Positions 52,138-64,000 of a stretch of DNA of 64,000 nt are shown piece after piece (the stretch's first letter is position 1; each line of letters begins with the position of its first letter). The notes beneath the pieces were generated by a model, which saw only the letters and a program-made list of their open reading frames with translations, ran no database searches and had not been told where the DNA came from. Source of the stretch: Haliotis rufescens (lineage: Eukaryota); the NCBI RefSeq assembly GCF_023055435.1, contig NW_025963868.1:21576001-21640000 (forward strand). The letters run 5' to 3'. The translations under genes and the position numbers were made by a program.

Positions 52138-52296
52138 CGGGGCGGTGGGGTAGGCTAGTGGTTTACGCGTTCGCTAGTCACGCCGAAGACCCTTGATCGA
52201 TTGCCCACTTGGGTACATTGTGTGAAGCCCATTGGTGTTCCTCACCACGATATTGCTGGAATATTGGTAAAAGCATTGTAAAATCTCACGCACTCA
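52138..52296 (+). mobile_element. SINE-B
   Basis: ggggcggtggggtaggctagtgg...tgtgtgaagcccatt...gctggaatatt...cactca. Confidence 0.85.
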
Positions 52297-52319
52297 TTTT
52301 GACAGTTCTAAATAATTAT

Positions 52320-54395
52320 AATATGTAACAATATTTAAGGTAGTATCACAGTTTGTCTATGTCGCATGCTTCGTTATTGTAATGCAACCATTTGTAAATA
52401 CCTTTGTTTAATCCTGATTTACTTCCTATTTGATACTAAACATTTGAAATATAATAATCAAGAAAATTGTATTTGTGTCTAATCATGTTTGAATCGGAGG
52501 TCAGAATACCATAGGCCCAAAGTTGACAAATCATTTTCTTGGGTACACAAACACCCTAATCACGGGTCGGCGTCACGGAGAAGAAATGATTGAATGAGTC
52601 TCTTTAGCCGCTAACGACAGAGTGAAGGGAGCATCGTTTGATGGAGCCCTGAGTTATTAGAACATCTATCCTCAGGAGGGGAATATTTCATCTCTAGACA
52701 GGCGATGTGAAGGTCTGATTCCAGTCAAGGACATTTGATGAGACCCTTTTGCCGAGTTAATCATGCGTTCCCAAACCCAATGGCCATGATGAGATTGTCA
52801 AAGAAAAGGTTGTCTGGGGTTGAACGTTATTTTTTGTAAATCTATAGATCGGAAGAAAATACAGCCAAATTATAAAGTGTGTTGTAATCAGCTCGATGAC
52901 AAATCTATTCACGGGAACACATTCAGATGTAGATTTTTCAAATTCGTTTTTCAAATTATTTACTTACTGACATTACTGGAATCTGAAGCATGCTTGAACC
53001 TCAAACTAGCACTTCCTTTTCTGGTGGTAGATAATTTAGATGTAGAGGAATGGTCGCAGATGACGGGGCAATTGTTATTGCAACTCAGGAAAATTGGTGC
53101 ACCCATTTTTAAACGAAACAACCTTTGAAACCAAGCAAATGTAACTACGTTGAGTTCTATAATGCAAAATAAACTGTGTTTTTGTCTAATTTCTTATTCG
53201 CAACAGGACACATGTGAAGGCAGAAAAGCGAAACGTGGCTCCGTTTTGGTGGGCTTCGGGGTCGAAAAATATCTTCCACTTTCAAGCTGTTGTGCATTTC
53301 CCTAACGAAAATAAGTAGACAACTTATCATAACTTTAAGTGCCATTTAAAACTAGAGTATTTTTACAGCTACTCTATGTTCTGAAATGACACCGAAACAG
53401 AGCTTTTGTATATGATAATGATTATGATATTGTGTTGGCGATGGAATGATCTTCAAACTTCTTCCACGCACCAAAACATACGTCAAGGCAGGAACGCGAA
53501 TCGCTCTGGGTCGAACAAACCTCAAAGTGCCTTTCACTTTCAAGATGTTGTACATTTCCTGAATGAAAATAAGCAGACACCTTATCATAACTTTAAGTGT
53601 CATTTGAAACTAGAATATGTTTTACTATGAATTCAGACCAAAAATATGGTTCTAGCAAGTAACACCATAACTCTTGACATGGAGTTGTGGCTTGTGTGCT
53701 TCTAAACATACTACTCAAAACATGTTTAAGAAGGCCTATAATTGGAAGGCTGCGTTGCAATACCCACCACCCCTGACATATTAACTAAAGTCATATTAAT
53801 AAAACAATCGAGTGTTATTTAACTTAATTTGTATGAGTGGTATATTAAACAAAGTCATTAAATCCAGAGAAGAATCAGTCTCGAAACTGATTCCAATATA
53901 GTGTGATTGCAAAATAGTGGTGAAAATAATATGAATGGATCACAGAAAATCAGCGATGACACCAGGTGTTCGAGAAACGATAAGAAGTCACAACATGACA
54001 AAATAATTATGAATGTTTGTACAGTATTCAATAAAATAAATGAAAGTTTTTGAAAGAATTTCACATTCTTTTAAAACAAAATATGCTGGTCGTGATGCAT
54101 TACAATTGAGAGTGTCTTCTTCTTGCTTGATGTAGATGAATACACACGAGACACTATCCAGTTATATATGTCAACGACCTTGTGCACTGAACACAAAATG
54201 CATAATAAGGTGACGTACATCTGAAAGTTTAGTTTGGGGTGTAACGTTTCTTGCACAGGCGAATTCATGCATTAATCAGGCTCTTCTTGATAAGAAATAT
54301 ACACCCATTAGACAAGTGTGTTGGAAGTGTCAGGTTGTATGGGGAACTAAAATAAGAGTTTTAATGAGGAAACATGGACACTTATGTAAAAGCAT
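52320..54395 (+). pseudogene. Longest contiguous paralog of the coding-like family, with an internal ~100-bp duplication
   Basis: Colinear with 62690-64000 and 48350-49030; 53260-53360 is repeated at 53510-53620. Confidence 0.6.
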
Positions 54396-54961
54396 AAAGA
54401 TTGAATTTTTACTTTTCTGTATAAACCGCACCTAAGAATGCAAATAGAATATATCTAAGGCGCCGACTTCTTTATCGAGCGTAAGGTACACCTTTTCGTC
54501 ATGATTAGGTTCCAATAACGCTCACAGTGATCTAACGTATCCTTGGTAACATCATTCTTTCATTAGTGTCAAATATGATGGCCCATCCACATCAATTACC
54601 TAGGGAGAAACATGTCAGGATGTTGTCAACCATATCTCATGCTGCGGGGTTATCCCAAAAATTCAAACCACTGTGTCCATGCCGTTATTATGCTCAAAAC
54701 GTACTTTATAGTCTCTATACATAAAGGTAAGTGCAGTTAGCTGGGACAGGCCGTTACGTAGCCCTGTTTGTGGATTTTCAGTTTGAGGCACCTCTCATAA
54801 CAGATTTCTTTTTAAACCTCTAACAAAACCCTATATATGTATCCTTACCAATATTATAGATTTAGCTTAGATCGATTTTGCAACGGAGCAATATGTTGAT
54901 GTCCATGGAATATTAATTGTTTCTGGGCCTTTTATACAAAAAAGTATAGAGAACGAATTGA

Positions 54962-55360
54962 TCAGTATCGAACATGACCAACATTGACAGTTTCACAAGC
55001 TTGACAACGACGCCTCATTGACAACACAAGATTGTTGAGGAGTGCTTGTAGGATGGCATTCCAGACCTGGACCAAGGGTTGTCGCAGCTGGACCAACGTC
55101 ACTCGTTGGCTTGGAGGTTGGCGTAAACCACTTTTCCTTTCATCCCACACAAGTTCGATGAGCGACAGATCCGGTGAAACAGCAGGGGAGTGTGGGGATG
55201 TTCTGTTGTCGAATGAAGTCTGTGTCCACACGCGCAACGTGAGGGCGTGCGTTGTCTTGCTGTAAAGTAATGTGACGTCCATTGTTCTGTACACTTGTCA
55301 AATTGCCACCGATGACTACTAGAGGTGCAGTGCAGTGGTGCCTCCACACACCATTTCGCT
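54962..55360 (-). pseudogene. Tc1/mariner transposase C-terminal DDE fragment
   Basis: LQQDNARPHVARV (ORF 55140..55349) frameshifted to PAVSPDLSLIELVWDE...WNAI...SMRRRCQAC...GHVRY (ORF 54962..55294). Confidence 0.9.
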
Positions 55361-56042
55361 CCCACCACCAAATGTTGAACGTTGCCCAACAATCGCGTCA
55401 ACGTAACTTTACATCCCACGTCGATAACCACGCATACGACAAACACTGCACAAAAAGCACAAAAGTCAACAAAACCAGGCCATTTTTATATAATTTTATC
55501 AGAAAACAGTAGGGCGTTAGTGGGCGTGTGTGATGTTTTCGGTTTATGTTTTTCAAAGGAATTGCTTGGTTACTCAATTTATTTACTTGCCGATGAATGT
55601 ATTCTAGCATGATGTTTAAGAATCCTATATTCTGATAAATATACTGTATTTCAAATGTAGAGCTGAAGGCTCCCTTTAGATTTAAACGCATTACATTGCA
55701 TTTGTAACCGAACCCACCGATCTGCTGTTGACATTCTTTAACACCACGAGCACATGTGTCAGGTCGCTTGAGGCGAGGAAATTCGCGGTGCAGATTAACG
55801 CCCTCTAGTCCTTCCAGAAGTCTATGGTTATGATTCAGTATGTCAATTCCTCGGTGTCAGTGTGCTGGTGCCTTCTGAGTCAGAATGGCAACTTCTCTGT
55901 ATTCGTGTTAATATCGTGTGGGTAAAATATAAGTCAGTTCAACAGTCAGACATTGGACAGTACATAGTGTCAAGCGTCGGGAAGTGCTTGGCGTCAAGCA
56001 GCGGGCAGGACATTGGGTCAGACACCGGGCAGTGCATGGGAA

Positions 56043-57203
56043 TCTGTGTCAGTATGTCAATCCGTCTGTGTCAGCGTGTCAATTCCTCTGTCAGAATATC
56101 AGTCCTTCTGTGTCAGTATGTCAATACTTCTGTGTCAGTATGTCAATCCTACTGTGTCAGTATGTCAATCCTACTGTATCAGTATGTCAATCCTTCTGTG
56201 TCAGTATGTCAATCCTTCTGTGTCAGTATGTCAATCCTTCTGTGTCAGTATGTCAATCCTTCTGTGTCAGTATGTCAATCCTTCTGTGTCAGTATGTCAA
56301 TCCGTCTGTGTCAGTATGTCAATCCGTCTGTGTCAGCGTGTCAATTCCTCTGTCAGAATATCAGTCCTTCTGTGTCAGTATGTCAATCATTCTGTGTCAG
56401 TATGTCAATACTACTGTATCAGTATGTCAATCATTCTATGTTAGTGTGTTGATCCTTCTGTGCCAGTCTAATAATCTTCTGCATGAGTGTGTAAATCCCC
56501 CCAGTGTCAGTATGTCAATTACTCTTTGTGTTGATCCTTCTGTGTCAGTCTAATAATCTTCTGTGTCAGTCTAATAATCTTCTGTATGAGTGTGTTAATC
56601 CCCCCAGTGTCAGTATGTCAATTACTCTGTGTGTGTTGATCCTTCTGTGTCAGTGTAATAATCTTCTGTATGCGTGTGTTAATCCCCCCAGTGTCAGTAT
56701 GTCATTAATTCTGTGTTGTTGATCCTTATGTGTCAGTCTAATAATCTTCTGTTTGAGTGTGTTAATCCCCCCAGTGTCAGTTTGTCAAGTACTGTGTGTG
56801 TTGATCCTTCTGTGCCAGTCTATTAATCTTCTGTATGAGTGTGTTAATCCCCCCAGTGTCAGTTTGTCAAGTACTCTGTGTGTGTGTGTGTGATCCTTCT
56901 GTGTTAATTCCAGCCCTCAACACCCCTCCCCCACCCCCGTGTCAGTTNNNNNNNNNNNNNNNNNNNNNNNNNNNNNNNNNNNNNNNNNNNNNNNNNNNNN
57001 NNNNNNNNNNNNNNNNNNNNNNNNNNNNNNNNNNNNNNNNNNNNNNNNNNNNNNNNNNNNNNNNNNNNNNNNNNNNNNNNNNNNNNNNNNNNNNNNNNNN
57101 NNNNNNNNNNNNNNNNNNNNNNNNNNNNNNNNNNNNNNNNNNNNNNNNNNNNNNNNNNNNNNNNNNNNNNNNNNNNNNNNNNNNNNNTGTGAGTGTGTTG
57201 ATC
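56043..57203. repeat. ~22-bp minisatellite (ctgtgtcagtatgtcaatcctt) grading into higher-order variants; spans an N gap
   Basis: Directly visible; units related to the 39.4-40.5 kb array. Confidence 0.92.
56948..57187. other. Assembly gap
   Basis: Run of N. Confidence 1.
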
Positions 57204-60200
57204 GCATTTATGAAGATGACCTGAAATCAGATGAAATCTTCGTACAAAGAACATGCCAATAAACATACAAGGAAACGGCAACAACACTTTTTGTTAATTT
57301 AACACAGATACATCCCTCATCCCGTTCATACTTGTGTTAATACTTTCAACTTAGAGTGAAGAAAAAACAAGCTCCAATGAATGTTTGCTATTGTAACTGA
57401 GGCCGAAGTGTTTGAACTGACTCTCAAATGGTACTACGTGTGAGATAAGAAACACGCAGGTTAACTGAAGCTTAAGGGTATATGTGTAACATCTTATGGA
57501 AAACAACACCAAAATCAATAAACAAGAGTCTATCCATTTACGCGGAGTCTGTCCCTACCGGTGATATGGGAAACAGTGCCCCGTGGAATAATATCCTATT
57601 TGAGACGTTTGGTGTCTGATTGTATTTCCTTTAACCCGGTGAACCTGTTAATAATAATCCCACGATCTCATTCGGATGAGTGCGTCCCCTCAGGGATGTG
57701 GATAGCTTAATATGTGCCTCCTTGAAGAGAGTGATTGACTCGTGTTTTACGCAGTTTTGTCCTCGAAAAAAAGAATGTATATTGGCGGTTCTTTGTACAG
57801 TGCAATCACATTATATCCACCACTGATAACTCGATCCTTCAAAAGTGAACATCCTTTTCGTCTTGGCAAGACCTTTCTGTAAATCTCATTATCTGCCTCT
57901 TTAGTCGATGTGGGATAAATTAAACCATAACCTTGAGGTTAAATACTTCTTTTGTCAAGAATAAGATCCGGATGCGAATCCCCATATAGCTAGTTACAAT
58001 GTGGGAATGCTATGTGTGGTGTTCAGGCCGTGATATGGCTGCATGAAATCTCAACAAGAGGGGTGTAAAAGAAAACCACCCGCTCATGACATACGTAAAC
58101 CTCACAGGTTCATTTCCAACCTTTACTCCCGATAACTCGAAATTGCTTCACTACAGGAGTACTGCCGTGCGGCTTCAGGCACCAAACAAGACTTGTATAT
58201 GCAGGTGAGTGGCAGGTGCTCCCGGAAGGGCACGACATGCTTACCCTTTTCGCGAACACCTTGTGTCATCGTTGTGATCCATTCATATAATTTTCACCAC
58301 TATTTTCACCGCTTACGGCCAATGGAATCTGTTTCGACGGATAATAGAGTGTGGATGTTCTCTGGCGTTTATGTTTTCTATTTCCACTTCTGGCTGTGAA
58401 AAGTTATTGACGAAACCAGAATAGGCTGAAATAATATCCTAATTGAGTCATTACTCGTGAATTTACTAGTTAATTCCATCTGTTAAGTTTCATATTTTTA
58501 TACATGCACTCTTACATTAAGTGTGAACTCATCTTTTATTGTAGATAGAAGATGTTAGGTTTTGATGCTATTTTCTTGACATTGATTCTTCTCGGGGTTT
58601 GGCACTTTTCGCGACATGTCTGCAAGATCCCCCACCGGTGCTACATAGGATATTGATCGAACTGCTTCTATGTCAGTTACAACATTCTAGTTGAGCGATC
58701 CCAAAAGCAACATATGTCCAGTGAAACACAAAAAACATCCAATCGTTTATCCTTGAGATGGGAATTCGAAAACAACAACATGTTTCCTGAAAACCTTCTC
58801 AATCAAGCACTGCGTCTTTGTTCTCATATCAAATTTGGAAAATAAAATCAAGCTGGATCCGATGTTTATTTTTTATCCTTTGAATCGCCTCGTCGAGGCA
58901 TGTTGTAGTTGTTTTTTATTATCTTTTCACATCCAACTTCCACTTTAATTTCTCTATCGATCACAAACGAAAAACTACCATCATTATAATCGTTTTTAAA
59001 AGATTGTATTACTGGCCCCAAGCATGCTTATCTCCCCATATGTATAGATGTAAAGATATTGGGTCACATTGATCTAAGACTTGTTGTAGTTTCTTTTTTT
59101 CCTTTTTTATAGACCACAACATGATCACTGAGTCTCAATAAACATTTCACCATTAGCTCTTTCTGGTGTACTCCATCTTACATCAAGTGGGAACACATCT
59201 GTTATTGCAGATATTGGAGGTTCTGGTGCTATTTTCTCGACATTTGTCCCTTTGGGTTTTGTAAGTTACCAAGACATGTCTGCAACATCCCCCACCAGTA
59301 CTAGATAAGGTATCGGTTGATTTGCGAGACACCCATGCCTGTTAACCGAAAAACATCCAGTCGATTGCAGATGCTTCAAATGAGAATTTGAAAAAGAGAA
59401 ATACATTTATGTTCTCATGTCAATTTGCGAAAATATAAACAAATTTGTATCCGATGTTTTATATTCTTTTGCGAATCACCTTCAAGGCAGTGACTGTTTT
59501 TTTCTGTATTATCTTGTCACATCTCACTACCACTCTAATTGTCTAGCGACAACAAATAAAAAATTCCATTTATAATCGGTTCTTTATTTGTTTCTTTATT
59601 TATAATGTTAGCATTACAAAAATTGCTAAGTGCGCTTTTCAAGAAATGTCAATTTTCTTAGCGATAAACATCATCATTGAGTTTTGATCACCTGTTTACA
59701 ATCCGACTGAGGATCGACAGTCGGGTGACAGCGGACGACTATATTTAGCAGCGTGTGCAGCGCACGTACATAACCAGCACGAACTGAAAGAAAAAAACAA
59801 CAACACAGATTTAATATTCAAAGCGCTATGGACCAAGGTCACTACTAAATATAACCCCTCGCAGTCACCTGACTGTCGATTCTTACCCGTATTGAAATGA
59901 TAAACGGCTAAATGATTATGTTTATCGCTTAGAAAGTTGACATTTCAGGAAAAGAGCACTTTGCTATATTTGTTATCGCTGACAATAATGTTCCTTATCG
60001 GCTGAATGGCTTGTTGTCACTTTATAAGTATTTATAACACATGCAGCTATCTTCGTTAATTTATTGTGGCAATATTTCGTGATTCTTTTTCAGGTGGCCA
60101 GGACTATTGTTTCCAGTAAGTGCTCTCTCCTTAAAGCATTTCCTGTCAACATAAACACGCGTTGATTTCAGGAGATTATTCGGATTCTAACCACAAAACG

Positions 60201-60507
60201 ACCATTTTCGTTTGGACGAGATCCAATGTCTGACCTCCAATCAATCAATAACCTTCGAATTCGAATTTCTCTGTAAAACGATGTATTCACTTTCTTTATT
60301 TTAGTACCATAATCGATTTCAATTCTAAGCTAAACGGAATACATAAGATTTACATTCAATCTGACCTGCATCAATGGTGGTTTTGAAGGTTCAGGTACAC
60401 GGATACCCTGTTTCTTTGTTAAAAACAGCAGTGTTTCAAGTATATTACGGTGAACTGTAAATCATCAGATCTTCCCTACCATAAAGCAGTGATTCATATT
60501 ATGAGCG

Positions 60508-60681
60508 NNNNNNNNNNNNNNNNNNNNNNNNNNNNNNNNNNNNNNNNNNNNNNNNNNNNNNNNNNNNNNNNNNNNNNNNNNNNNNNNNNNNNNNNNNNNN
60601 NNNNNNNNNNNNNNNNNNNNNNNNNNNNNNNNNNNNNNNNNNNNNNNNNNNNNNNNNNNNNNNNNNNNNNNNNNNNNNNNN
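60508..60681. other. Assembly gap
   Basis: Run of N at the position of the GT/poly-G tract of copy 1. Confidence 1.
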
Positions 60682-63100
60682 CGTCGTGACTTGGGGGAGG
60701 TGGGAAAGGGTCTTAAGCAGGGATAGGAACTAACATGTGTAGTCCACTGCTCGTTATAATGATGACATACAGCAGAGCCCTTAAATCTGGCAAATATCAA
60801 CTAGTCCTTGTCATACCTATCGCAGGCGTAAGGCTGGCCTACTCGTCTAAGAAGGGAGGGGCGTTTTTCTGTGCATACTTGTGTCTCTCTCATCTCTTGC
60901 ATTGGTACACATCGCATCCTCCAATTTCCCATACGATATACATTCAAGATTAACCCGAGTTGACCACGAGATGGCTAGTCTAACAGTTAATCAGTTCTGT
61001 AGGAACCTTTTTAGGCTTTTTTCAAGCCCTGCTGGATGTATCCCCTCGTTATAAGGCTAAAAAGGCGAGTAAGACAATACTCACTCCTTGTGATGATATC
61101 GAATCTCTTGCACAATCCCCAAAATGAAAAATTTCCGCCACATACAACCCACGGGTCTACCTTAAGAAGAATCTCACATATTTAGAGACATTGATGTCAA
61201 ATTTCAAAGCAAAGCTATTCCGAAAATGTATATACATATCCGTTACGATCCGGGTAGAGCAAAGGCCTTCAGCAACCCATGTTTGAGGTGAATAACAGCA
61301 TCGGGTGGTCATCGTATCGTAAATCCCTAGATCGATGATCATGATGTCAATCACTGGAATATCTGGTCCAGACTGGGTTATTTACAGACCGCCGTATTAT
61401 AGCTGAAATATTGCTGAGTGCGGCGTTAAACAACAAACAAACAAACAAAAATATATTATTTTCCATATTAAAAGCTATATGGATCATATCACAGATGGTC
61501 TCACATGTATGAGTGATTTAGTTACGTTGATTTGTGAAACCTTTTTCCTTCAGAGAAAATACATTAGCGGGCAAAAGAAAGTATACCCTTGAAAGTTGGA
61601 TTTGACCAACAAATTACAAACGTTATCTGAACGTTACATGGCTGAAACAGTCGCTGAAACATTGCAAAGTTAAGGCACAAAACACAGCTATGAAATCCGT
61701 ATGAAATACATCACCATCGAATGAAGCAGTGCTTTTTTTGTTTCATTTTTAGCCATCCTCAAACGTGGGTGTATGTTTCCTTTGCCCGACAGTTAACATG
61801 GTTTAAGAAAATAGCTACCTGAATATTTCATTACACCAATGTCTTCCAAAACTGAGAAGAGTCATCATCAGTTCATAAACGTTTTGGTTTTTACACAACT
61901 CAGGAAGATGTGTTCTTCTAAGATGTAGCTAGCTAGCACAAATAGAAAAAGAACACATGATATATATCTTCGATATAACCACTACAGCACTATGAATACA
62001 CTCCACATCAACATCAATATCCATAGGGGTATGAACTATATCTCCAAGCAAAATGTGCAGAAAATTCTGAATTTACCAAATGCTTATCTTAATGTTATAG
62101 ACTGAATATTTTTCAGGTTGTTGAGACTTGATACAATCAGGATAAGAGAGGACATGTGAAGACGTAATCAGCTGAAGCCAATTTTAGCGACACATGTCAT
62201 AAAGTCTTTGTTTACTAACATACAAAAATAACAATTCATTTCCAATCTACTCTGAAATCCGCACGGAAGAATAGCTGCACACACATATACTTCAGACACA
62301 CACGTAGCCTTACCTGTTTCATTTAGTTGCTGCCACAACTTGTAACAGTGTATAGGGTATCTATGTGCATCCGTTCTTAATCATTTCGGGTTCATATACA
62401 TATACATAATGCATAATAGGTTCAGTTTTACAGTCAAACAAATAGTAGGGAACGTAGAAATTGATATGTAATTGTTCTCCTTGAGTAATTTGTATGTTGG
62501 CATATTGGTCTAAGACGCTTGTAGAGCCAGATATTTGCCGGCCATATACCACAATAATCTGGAGCGTTATACCAAAAGACGTGAAGAGATGGTACTTGTT
62601 GTCACGGTATCTAATTGTTCTAGCAATAAAATCGGTATTTGTTTGGACTAGTACAAGCACACAAGATGATTATAAAACATTTAGCTAAAATTGTATTTGT
62701 GGCTAAGCATGTATGAAACGGATGCCGGAATACTATGGGCTCAATCTTGAAGGATGATTTCTTGGGGACACAGACTCCCTAACCACCCATCGGTAGTACG
62801 GAAAAGCAATGATTGAATGAGTCTCTTTAGCCGCTAACGACAGAGTGAGAGGAGCATCGTTTGATGGAGCCCTGAGTTCATTAGACCATCTATTCTCAGG
62901 GGGGAATATTTCAGCTCTAGACTGGCGATGTGAAGGTCTGATTACAGTCAAGGACATTTCCTGGCAGTATTTTAGCCTATCTAATCACGCGTTCCCATAC
63001 ACAATGGCGATGATGCGATTTTCAAAGAAAAGTTGTACAGGGTTCAGCATTGTTTTTATGTAAATCTATAGATGGGAATAAACACGTAGGTTATTTATGA

Positions 63101-63383
63101 GTGAGTGAGTTGGGTTTAACCCCGCTTTTAACAGTATTCCAGTTATATCACGACGTGTCAGCTTAATGTGGGAGGAAAGCTTGAAGTGATGCAGGTCTCA
63201 GACGTTTACCACTTCTTCGATGAAACCCACGAGCACGGGTATGGTGCTGACAAACCTAGAAACATAATCGGGGCGAACAGGGATTCGAGTCCACAATCAT
63301 AGGTTTCTGGCGTGCTCAACTGACGCAACTTTGCACAGCGAATGGCTTCGCCTTAGACGACTTGGACACCCGTGCCTCCGGCG
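63101..63383 (-). mobile_element. Full-length SINE-C
   Basis: Reverse of 9343-9618; TSD atttatga (63093-63100 / 63384-63391). Confidence 0.9.
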
Positions 63384-64000
63384 ATTTATGAAGTGTGTTG
63401 TCATCAGCTCGATGACAGGACTAGGAATAGGCACACATTTACATGTACATTTCTTCTTTTTAAAGTTGTTACTTAATGACATCTAATGGAATCAGAAGCA
63501 TGCTTCAACCTCAAACGAACGCTTCCTTTTCTATATCATGTACATATAGGGGAATGGTCGCAGATGATGGGTCGATTGTTATAGCAACACAAGAAATATG
63601 GTGCAACCTTTTCTCAACGAACAACCCTTGTAGCCAAGCAAATGTAAAGCGTAAGCTACTTTGAGTTCTTTAATGCAAAAAAAACTGCGTTTTTGTCGAA
63701 CTTCGTCTTCTTCGCATGGGGTCGAACAATGTCTTTCACTTTCAAGTTGTTGTACTTTTCCTGAATGAAAATAAGCAGACAACTTACAGAAACTTTAAAT
63801 ACCATTTAAAACTTGAATCTGTTTCAATATGAAATCAAAACAATAGAGATAACCTATGGGTTCCAGCAATTAACATCAAAACACTTTTCGTGGAATTATT
63901 GCTTCTAAATATACTACTCAAACAAGCTCAAGGACACCCACAATTGGAAGGTTGTGTGTTGTCATACCCACCACCTATGACAGATGAACTATTATCATAC

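Larger units (their letters stand above)
59110..64000 (+). repeat. Segmental duplication, copy 2 (runs off the window)
   Basis: See 44140-48420; retains ~670 bp (63256-63929) that is missing from copy 1. Confidence 0.9.

Noticed and set aside
52570-52900. COX1-like NUMT on the minus strand (FF...MAIGFGNA*L...YSPP...SNDAPFTLSLA)
   Set aside because: Motif spacing is incompatible with COX1 and would need large indels shared by all copies; probably coincidence.
55862-56722. Long Cys-rich ORFs (196, 189 and 143 aa)
   Set aside because: Products of the 22-bp minisatellite, open in all three frames.
63900-63950. GHP motif (and YxxGD at ~48670) suggesting a Mononegavirales L-protein endogenous element
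   Set aside because: GHP is not conserved in the 53.7 kb paralog, it precedes rather than follows YxxGD, and no GDN or KERE motif was found.

Overview
This is repeat-rich animal nuclear DNA with two N gaps, not prokaryotic sequence. The SINE/MITE repertoire (tRNA-headed SINEs with (CACT)n or (ACAA)n tails) looks gastropod, probably abalone-like; that is inference only. Almost none of the supplied ORFs are real genes. Left half (1-31.2 kb): most likely a long first intron of a minus-strand gene. Its first coding exon (31234-31189) encodes a signal-peptide-like MELILLFLTCLVLTE, ends in a perfect AAG|GTAAGT donor, and lies just downstream of a CpG-rich promoter with an NRF1-like motif. The intron is filled with SINEs, hAT-like and Tc1/mariner-like MITEs, and minisatellites built from SINE heads. 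Right half: a decayed 3.7-kb Academ-like DNA transposon inserted into a SINE, Penelope-like RT and Tc1 transposase fragments, and a local segmental duplication (~44.1-48.4 kb vs ~59.1-64 kb). The most unusual signal is a locally amplified, decayed coding-like family (44-54 kb and 58-64 kb). It shows collinear family-B DNA polymerase-like motifs, a synonymous-change bias between paralogs in one block, and recurrent in-frame TGA. A neighbouring ~1-kb frame (38341-39348) has eight TGA, one internal TAA and no TAG. The hypothesis, unproven, is a fossil of a PolB-encoding virus, Maverick or plasmid, possibly using TGA=Trp. All alignments and translations were done by eye and coordinates of decayed elements are approximate.
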